The position numbers and the translations under genes are program-made. DNA of 64,000 nt, from assembly GCF_009914755.1 (NCBI RefSeq), contig NC_060935.1. One strand, given 5' to 3'. The notes beneath the pieces are model-generated. The model was not told the origin of the DNA, ran no database searches, and saw nothing but the letters and a program-made list of their open reading frames with translations. This DNA is from the human T2T-CHM13v2.0 reference genome, Homo sapiens. Each line of letters begins with the position of its first letter. Position 1 is the first letter of the stretch. Positions 55,593 to 64,000 of the stretch are shown here, one piece after another.

Positions 55593-56090
55593 CATGGTAG
55601 ACAGAATAATAGCCCTTTCAAAGATACCTATGTATCAATTGCCAGAACCTTTGACTATTCCCTTACATGGCAAAAGGGATTTCATATACGTGATTAAGCT
55701 AAGGAGCTTAACATGGGAAGATTATCATTAGCTTGGGTTATCCAGGTAAGCCCAATGTAATCACAAGGGCCTTTATAAGAGGGAGGTAGGAGAGAGTCAG
55801 AGTTAGAAAAGAAGATGTGACGACAGAAGCAGAGGTTGGAGCAATGCACTGTCAAGGTGGAGGAAAAAGCCACAAGCAAAGAAATGCAGGCAGCCTCTAG
55901 AAGCTGGAAAAGACAAGAAAACAGATTCTCTCCCAGAACCTCCAAAAGGAACACAGCCCTGCTGGCACCTTGATTTTATACCTGTAAGACTCATTTTTGA
56001 CTTCTGACTTCAGGAAATGTAGATAATAAGTTTGTGTTGTTTTAAACCACTGAGTTGTAATTCATTACATTAGCACTAATAACTAATATA
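55593..56090 (+). mobile_element. MLT1D-like MaLR solo LTR
   Basis: tggtagacagaataat...cttacatggcaaaagggattt...cccaatgtaatcacaaggg...gcagcctctagaagctggaaaag...aactaatata. Confidence 0.9.
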
Positions 56091-56719
56091 TTTACCAAAG
56101 CCTTGAAAGGATAACTAGAGCAGTAAGCATGTAAGTAAGTAAGCATGGAAAGCCATACAATCCTGTGTCAGGTATGCCAATTCTACATGAGAGAACAAAG
56201 ATTTCCTGAAAGATTAGGGAGAGAGTTACTCCTGATCATCACTCAGGAATTTTGTCATTTTCAGCAAAGCTACAGCATCCCTGCTCTTTTCCTTAAAATT
56301 TTCAAAAACCGTGTTGAGGTTCATTGAGCAATAATACCCTGCCTTTAGGCTCTTTAACCATCTTTCCTGAAAATAATAACTTGAATCTTAACAATCTATT
56401 GATAAGCCAACTGCTCCTTATCTGAATAAAATTAGCAGATCAACTGGAAACTGAAAGATGACTAATGGTCTAATGACAGTCCACAAGATATGGAGCGGAA
56501 TCATTTATCATGATGGTCAAATCTGAACGACATCACCCTTCACCTTACTGATCTTGCATATAAAGCTCAAAGAAAGTGTCAAAGCACAAGGAAAAACACA
56601 GAGATTAAAAACCCTAGGGGAAACTAAACCCTCACATCTTTTGTCATTTTTCTTAGGAACAAGGATGTGGATGAAAATTATTGGTCTCAACAACTTCACC
56701 ACCACTGGCAGGTGTCTTA

Positions 56720-57960
56720 GTTTGCAGAAAAGATTGTTGGGGCATAACACACATGAGGGTATTAATAAAATCATAGGATCCTATGAGGAAGTACCTTTAT
56801 GAGAATCCTGACTATCTTATAAATAGTCAAGGAAGGCTTCCTTTGAAGAAATGTGAATTAAGCTGACAATAGAATAAAAGTAGAAAATCCTTGGGAGAAA
56901 GAGAGGCAGAATATTCCAAATAAGGCAAGAAGCATGTGCAAAGATTCTATTATGGGAAGGAGCTTGATAATATTCAAGGAACTGAAAGAAGAGCAGTGAG
57001 GCTGCAGTACAAGGAGAGAGAGAGGGATTGGCCTGAGATAAGGCTGGCAGGGGGTAATCACCCAGCATTTTGTGGGCTATCATTAAAGGTTATGAACTAT
57101 CTCTTTAAAATGAAATGCTGTCAACAACTTTAAGTGGGGACAAATTGTGGTAAGATTTATCTCTTAGAAATCTCACTCTAGCTTCTATGTGGAAGATGGA
57201 TTGGCATGGAATAAGAATTGAATATGGAGAGACTAGTTAGCAATTCATGTGAGAGATGATTCCTTGAATTAGACTGATAGAAGGAAATGGAGATTGAAAG
57301 ACATACATAAGAAAGATTTAGGCCGAGCACTGTGGCTCATATCTGTAATCCCAGCACTTCCGGAGGCCGAGGCGAGCTGATTACCTGAGGTCAGGCGTTC
57401 AAGACCAGCCTAGCCAATATGGTGAAACCCCGTCTCCACTAAAAATACAAAAACTAGCCACACATGGTGTCAGGCACCTGTAATCCCACCTACTTGGGAG
57501 GCTGAGGCAGGAGAATTGCTTGAACCGGGAGGTGGACATTATAGTGAGTCGAGATTGCACCACTGTACCCCAGCCTGGGCAACAGACCAATACTTCATCT
57601 CAAAAAAAAAAAAAAAAAAAAGAGAAAGATTTAGGAGTCAATATTGACTGATGCATGAAAGCTGATAAGGCAGAAAAGTGAGTCATGGTATCTGACATGA
57701 CCAAATGTCAAATGATGGGGCCAATTCGTGATATTAAGAATGACGGAGGAGGGGATTTTTCAATAAAAAATTATAAACTTAGTTATGGATACATTGGTTT
57801 AATACTTTTGTAAGGCATCAAAGTGAAAATGCTGAGAAGGCAGTTGGATATATAGGTTAAGAGTTCAGAATAGAAGTTTCAGTGGCAGATACAAATTTGG
57901 GGTAAAAAGTAAATAAATGATAACTAATTTCATGCAAAGAAATTATCCCACCTTGGGAGA
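56720..57960 (-). mobile_element. L2 fragment split by an Alu
   Basis: tagtcaaggaaggcttcctttgaagaa...tcactctagcttctatgtggaagatggattgg...aggcagttggatatatagg. Confidence 0.8.
57321..57622 (+). mobile_element. AluS (Sx/Sz-like)
   Basis: Full dimer with A tail; TSD agaaagattta at 57310-57320 and 57623-57633. Confidence 0.97.
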
Positions 57961-58327
57961 ATGTTTAAAATAAGGGTACTGAGGCCCTCATCTACAAGGA
58001 AAATGTACACATGGACATGACTAAACAGCCTATTAGGAGCTCAAGGGCTTTGAATCCAATATGAATTCTTGATTTCCTGGTGGAAAAAAAAAAAAACTCC
58101 ACTGATGATTCTTCATCAACTATGTACATCATGGTTTTCCTTTCTCCCACCAAACAATCCTATGTTACCTCACATTTCCTAATTCACTTTAGGTTTTTTG
58201 CCATTATTACCTATCATCATCAATCAAGAAGATAGCAATATTTTTCATTGTTGCTGTCATATAAGATCTAAAAAGAGGAGCAACTGGACCTCAATAAAAG
58301 TAGAAGAAAAATCTTATTTCCTTCTCC

Positions 58328-58696
<369 letters not shown>

Positions 58697-58816
58697 TGAA
58701 GCCCTTGAAAATGAGACAAGTTAAGCAACTTACCCAAGAACGCACAGCTAATCTAAATATCTCTTTTTGATATAGCAAGCTGTGAGCTCCCTGTGTTGGC
58801 TGATAAGAAATAAATT

Positions 58817-60310
58817 GTTTGGAATAGTTTCAGAAGGAATGATACCAGCTCCTCTTTGTACCTCTGGTAGAATTTGGCTATGAATCCATCTGGTCCTAGA
58901 CTTTTTTGATTGGTAGGCTATTAATTACTGCCTCAATTTCAGAACTTGTTATTGGTCTACTCAGGGATTTGACTTCTTTCTGATTTAGTCTTGGGAGGGT
59001 GTATGTGTCCAGGAATTTATCTATTTCTTCTAGATCTTCTAGTTTATTTGTGTAGAGGTGTTTATAGTATTCTCTGATGGTAGTTTGTATTTCTGTGGGA
59101 TCAGTGGTGATATCCCCTTTATCTTTTTTAATGTGTCTATTTGATTATTTTCTCTTTTCTTCTTTATTAGTCTGGGTAGCTGTCTATTTGTTTTGTTAAT
59201 CTTTTCAAAAAAACAGCTCCTGGATTCATTGATTTTTTGAAGGGTTTTCCCTGTCTCTATCTCCTTCAGTTCTGCTCTGATCTTAGTTATTTCTTGTCTT
59301 CTGCTAGCTTTTGAATTTGTTTGCTCTTGCTTCTCTAGTTCTTTTAATTGTGATGGTAGGGTGTTGAATTTAGATCTTTCCTGCTTTCTCCAGTGGGCAT
59401 TTAGTGCTATCAATTTCCCTCTAAACACTGCTTTAGCTGTGTCCCAGAGATTCTGGTACATTGTGTGTTTGTTCTCATTGGTTTCAAAGAAATTATTTAT
59501 TTCTGCCTTAATTTTGTTATTTACACAGCAGTCATTCAGGAGCAGGTTGTTCAGTTTCTATGTAGTTGTGTGATTTTTTGAGTGAGTTTCTTAATCTTGA
59601 GTTCTAATTTGATTGCACTGTGGTCTGAGAGACTGTTTTTTATGATTTCCATTCTTTTGCATTTGCTGAGAAGTGTTTTACTTCCAATTATGTGGTCAAT
59701 TTTAGAATAAGCGTGATGTGGTGCTGAGAAGAATGTATATTCTGTTGATTTGGGGTGGAGACTTCTGTAGATGCCTATTAGGTCTGCTTGGTCCAGAGCT
59801 GAGTTCAAGTCCTGAATATTCTTGTTAATTTTCTGTCTCATTGATCTGTCTAATATTGACAGTGGGGTGTAAAAGTCTCCCAATATTATTGTGTGGGAGT
59901 GTAAGCCTCTTTTTAAGTCTCTAAGAACTGACTTATGAATCTGGGTGCTCCTATAGTGGGGGCATATATATTTAGGATAATTAGCTCTTCTTGTTGCATT
60001 GATCCCTTTACCATTATGTAATGCCCTTCTTTGTCTTTTTTGATATTTGTTGGTTTAAAGTCTGTTTTATCAGAGACTAGGATTGCAACCCCTGCTTTTT
60101 TTTTTTTTTTTTTTTTTTGCTTTCCATTTGCTTGGCAAATATTCCTCCATCCATGTATTTGGAGCCCAGGTGTGTCTTTGCACATGAGATGGGTCTCCTG
60201 AATACAGCACACTGATGGGTCTTGACTTTTTACCGATTTGCCAGTCCATGTCTTTTAATGAGGGCATTTAGCCCGTTTATATTTAAAGTTAATATTGTTA
60301 TGTGTGAATT
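58817..60310 (-). mobile_element. Inverted 5' part of an L1PA7-like insertion: ORF2 endonuclease domain and linker, decayed
   Basis: Minus ORFs with CCIQETH, MGDF(Y)[25 protein letters not shown]. Confidence 0.96.
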
Positions 60311-61305
60311 AAACTAAAGAGCTTCTGCATAGCAAAAGAAACTGTCATCAGAGTGAACAGGCAACCTACAGAATGGGAGAAAAATTTTGCAATCTGTCCA
60401 TCTGACAAAGGGCTGATGTCCAGAATCTACAAGGAACTTAAACAAATTTACAAGAAAAAAACAACCCCATCAAAAAGTGGGAGAAGAATATAAACAGACA
60501 CTTCTCAAAAGAAGACATTTATGTGGCCAACAAACATATGAAAAAAAGCTTGTCATCACTGGTCATTAGAGAAATGCAAATCAAAACACAATGAGATACC
60601 ATCTCATGCCAGTGAGAATGGCAATCATTAAAAAGTCAGGAAACAACAGATGCTGGAGAGTATGTGAAGAAATAGGAATGTTTTTACACTGTTTGCGGGA
60701 GTGCAAATTAGTTCAGCCATTGTGGAAGACAGTGTGGTGACTCCTCAAGGATCTAGAAACAGAAATGCCATGTGACCCAGCAATCCCATTACTGGGTATA
60801 TACCCAAAGAATTATAAATCATTCTACTATAAAGACATATGCACATGCATGTTCATTGCAGCACTATTCACAATAGCAAGGATAAAAACCCAAATGCCCA
60901 TCAATGATAGACTGGATAAAGAAAATGTGGCACATATACACCATAGAATAGTATGAAGCCGTAAAAAGGATGAGTTAATGTCCTTTGCAGGGACATGGAT
61001 GAAGCTGGAAACCATCATTCTCAGCAAACTAACACAGGAACAGGAAACCAAACACTTCATGTTCTCACTCATAAGTGGGAGTTGAACAATGAGAACACAT
61101 GGACACAGGGAGGGGGACATCACACACTGGGTCCTGTCGGTGGGTGGGTGGCTAGGGGAGGGATAGCATTAGGAGAAATACCTAATGTAGATAATGGGTG
61201 GATGGGTGCAGCAAACTACATGGCACATTTATACCTATGTAACAAAGCTGCACGTTCTGCACATGTATACCAGAACTTAAAGTATAGAAAAAAAATCCAA
61301 AAAAG
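60307..61305 (+). mobile_element. Non-inverted 3' part of the same L1PA7-like insertion with 3'UTR and A tail
   Basis: aattaaactaaagagcttctgc onward; TSD aagaaataaattgt (58805-58818) / aacaaataaattat (61306-61319). Confidence 0.95.
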
Positions 61306-64000
61306 AACAAATAAATTATATTCAGTCATTGTGGAAACAGATCTTCTCTAACAGAAAAATATAAGTGAGCTACAAGACAACATTTTCTGTATCAAATTAG
61401 AAGACAAGGATAATTCAGTTTTTTCCATTGACTTACTATTTTTTGAAAGATGGTTTCACCATGCTAAAGCCTGATATTTGCCCCCTGTGGCAAAGCAAGG
61501 ACTAGAATTCCTGTTTGTCTAGAGACTGGAAGCAAAATTATTGTGTGGTTGAGGTAGGATTACATTTGTAAAATATGAAATTGCTAGATCTTCTCTGCTA
61601 ATCAGCAGGGGTGTAGAGCTTCCCACAAAGTAATGAGAATGAGTCCCCCACTAAACTATAGTTGTGAAGCATTTGTGTTCCTTCAGGCTGTACATCTGGT
61701 TTCTCTAGCTTCTTAGCAACTAGTTGTAATGGCCAGGAGCTTCTCGGAGTCTCTGTCAATCACTCTAATGGCTGCAAGTCAATCACCAAAGATAAGTTGC
61801 TTCTTTAATGACTCCATAAAATACCTACTGCTCACAAACAGGATAAAATTTCTGGTTCAATTAGACTCTTAGAAATCACCAAATATTTATTGAGTGCCAA
61901 AACCCCATGATATATTTAACACTGTAGACTACTAAGAAATATAAGATAATTCTTGGCTTTCAGAAACTTACAATTTAGTGATAGCTCAAAATGATTTTAC
62001 AAAACTATAGGTTGGAAGGGCATTTAAGCTTATGTATTCAGGACAGAGTGGTTAGCAGGGACACTTGGGAGGAGGCCTGATCTTTGTTTGTGTGTGGGTG
62101 GTATTCCAATGATGAAGATGTCAAGAGACAGGGTCAGAGGAAAAGCACATTTTCAGTCTGATTAGGAATGTACAATATGGTTTTGGGATGTTGTAAGGCA
62201 GGATGGAGGTCTGTTGGTATGAAGCAAAAGTACTGGTTTTTAGGGCTAGGACGTTCAATTGTCAATAATCATTATCTGTTGGTGATACCTATGACTGCCT
62301 GACAGTATCTCAGAATCATATGTATGTCATCTATCAAAAATAGAGGACCACTACTGTTCATTTATTACAAAGTTTTAAATCTATGAGGTTCAAAATACAT
62401 TTTGATCAAAGTGTAAAAGATATCAAGCTCCGCTAATCCCAACTTCTTTTTTGTGGCAGTGAATTCTGGCACTTAAATAGACAAAAACGCAGCCTAGCAT
62501 AATTTATACTAACAGATGTTTCTAGAAAAATTCCAAATCAGTGACAGCCTAGGAAAATAACCAATTTCAAAGGCTGTTAACAAGCAAGCTGGAAATAAGA
62601 ATAGTACTATAAAGTGATTTTTTAAAAAAGCACAAGAATCATACTATTAATATGAATCACTTGGGACAAAGAGATGATGTAGTAGTCATAGTGAATGAGA
62701 ATAAATGGAGGGGAAGCATCTCACCAGACAGAGAGATCAAATACTGGAGAAAGAAATCACCATGAGGATGCACAAGGATAACCCTAAGCCTGACTAAGGA
62801 AATAAGCAGGAAAAGTAAAGGAAGGAAAGTTGGCTCTCCCCTGCCTACAAAACAGAGCCAGCCTTCATTGGAATTGAGAGCACACTTAAAACATGAATAA
62901 TTTCCAACTGGGAATCTGTATTGAAACACAGACATTAAAGTGCCCAGCCACCGGGTGACTTATTTCAGAGCCCCTTCCTATGTCAGTCACCATACACCTA
63001 GCAAATTAAATGGTGCACAAGTTTAGAGCTGGAACAGCCTGAGACATGGTTGCTTTGTCCCGAATATTTTGAAAGGTATATTTTTCACACTTCCAATTTG
63101 AATAAATATAAAATAATTAAAAGATAAATATATGGCCTTGCAGATGCTTATGCTACAGATGATGAAGATTCTTTGAACAAATAAGCAGTATGATAATATA
63201 CCCTATCTCCCATGTTATAAGTACTTCAAATATAACATTTCCTTCTTTCAAAGTAGAATATCTAACAAGCTTAGGACATGGTGTAGCTGAAATTTTAAAC
63301 TTTGGCATTTTTGTACATAATAGTCAACTGTGTTCAGAATGCTTATTGCATTGGTATTGGTTGACTTTTAGGAGAGTACACATAAAAATTCAATATGGTC
63401 TAAGCTCTTTCAATAATTTACTATCTTTTGACTTGTACTGTGAAATAATTAATTAAGGAAATAAATCATTCATTTATTCATTTAACAAGAATTTGTTGAG
63501 CACCTATTATGCAAGGCATGTTTCTAATAGTAGGGTTACAGAGATTAAAAACTAACAGATCTTTACGTTTTCGTGGGTCAGATATAATTGTAAATAATTA
63601 TACGAGGAATGTGAGATATATCAAAAAATAAGACTGTAGCATATTGTAACCAAACTGAAATATAGAATTTGTCATCATATTTTCAAACTAACCTACCAGT
63701 GTTGGAATAAGTGGGGGACAACAAAAATTAGTAAGTGCCTGCTGATCAGACCTGGAGATGTGACCTTTCCCATGACATTTGCAAAGCCTCCTATTATCTC
63801 TTCCTGATAACAGGTTATAAGATTTGGTTTTGAAAATATTACAAGATGTAACTAATTCCATGTTCTCCATGTCAGCTTCCCAACAGAAGGGAATGGAGTT
63901 CACCAAGACAAGCAAGTTTCATGAATTTCTCTTTGCCAAATACTCCTCCTCTCTCTCAGGCTGAAGCCAACAAGGGAGATCACAGCCTGATCACTGACTT

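Noticed and set aside
61476-61496. CTCF site (tttgccccctgtggcaaa)
   Set aside because: One base short of the core consensus spacing; cannot be supported without ChIP data

Overview
Primate (human or great-ape) non-coding genomic DNA: AT-rich, CpG-depleted and dominated by interspersed repeats. These include six Alus, young L1PA copies (two with 5' twin-priming inversions, one carrying a nested L1PA2), old L1M, L2, MIR and CR1/L3 fragments, an LTR-internal-LTR MaLR (MLT1) provirus with solo MLT1 LTRs, and hAT/Tigger DNA transposons. There is also a 3'-truncated U2 snRNA pseudogene and several microsatellites. I found no intact protein-coding gene; the only protein-like ORFs are decayed L1 ORF2 pieces. 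The orientation bias of L1s and LTRs, plus a cluster of minus-strand splice signals at 14.5-16 kb, suggests an intron or 5'-UTR region of a large minus-strand transcription unit, which I cannot name. I see no convincing new biological system. The most unusual signals are several old, locally templated duplications (one of them bipartite, copied from both flanks) and two fold-back inverted repeats centred on TA microsatellites. Repeat subfamily names come from remembered consensus sequences, not a RepeatMasker run, and boundaries of old elements are approximate.
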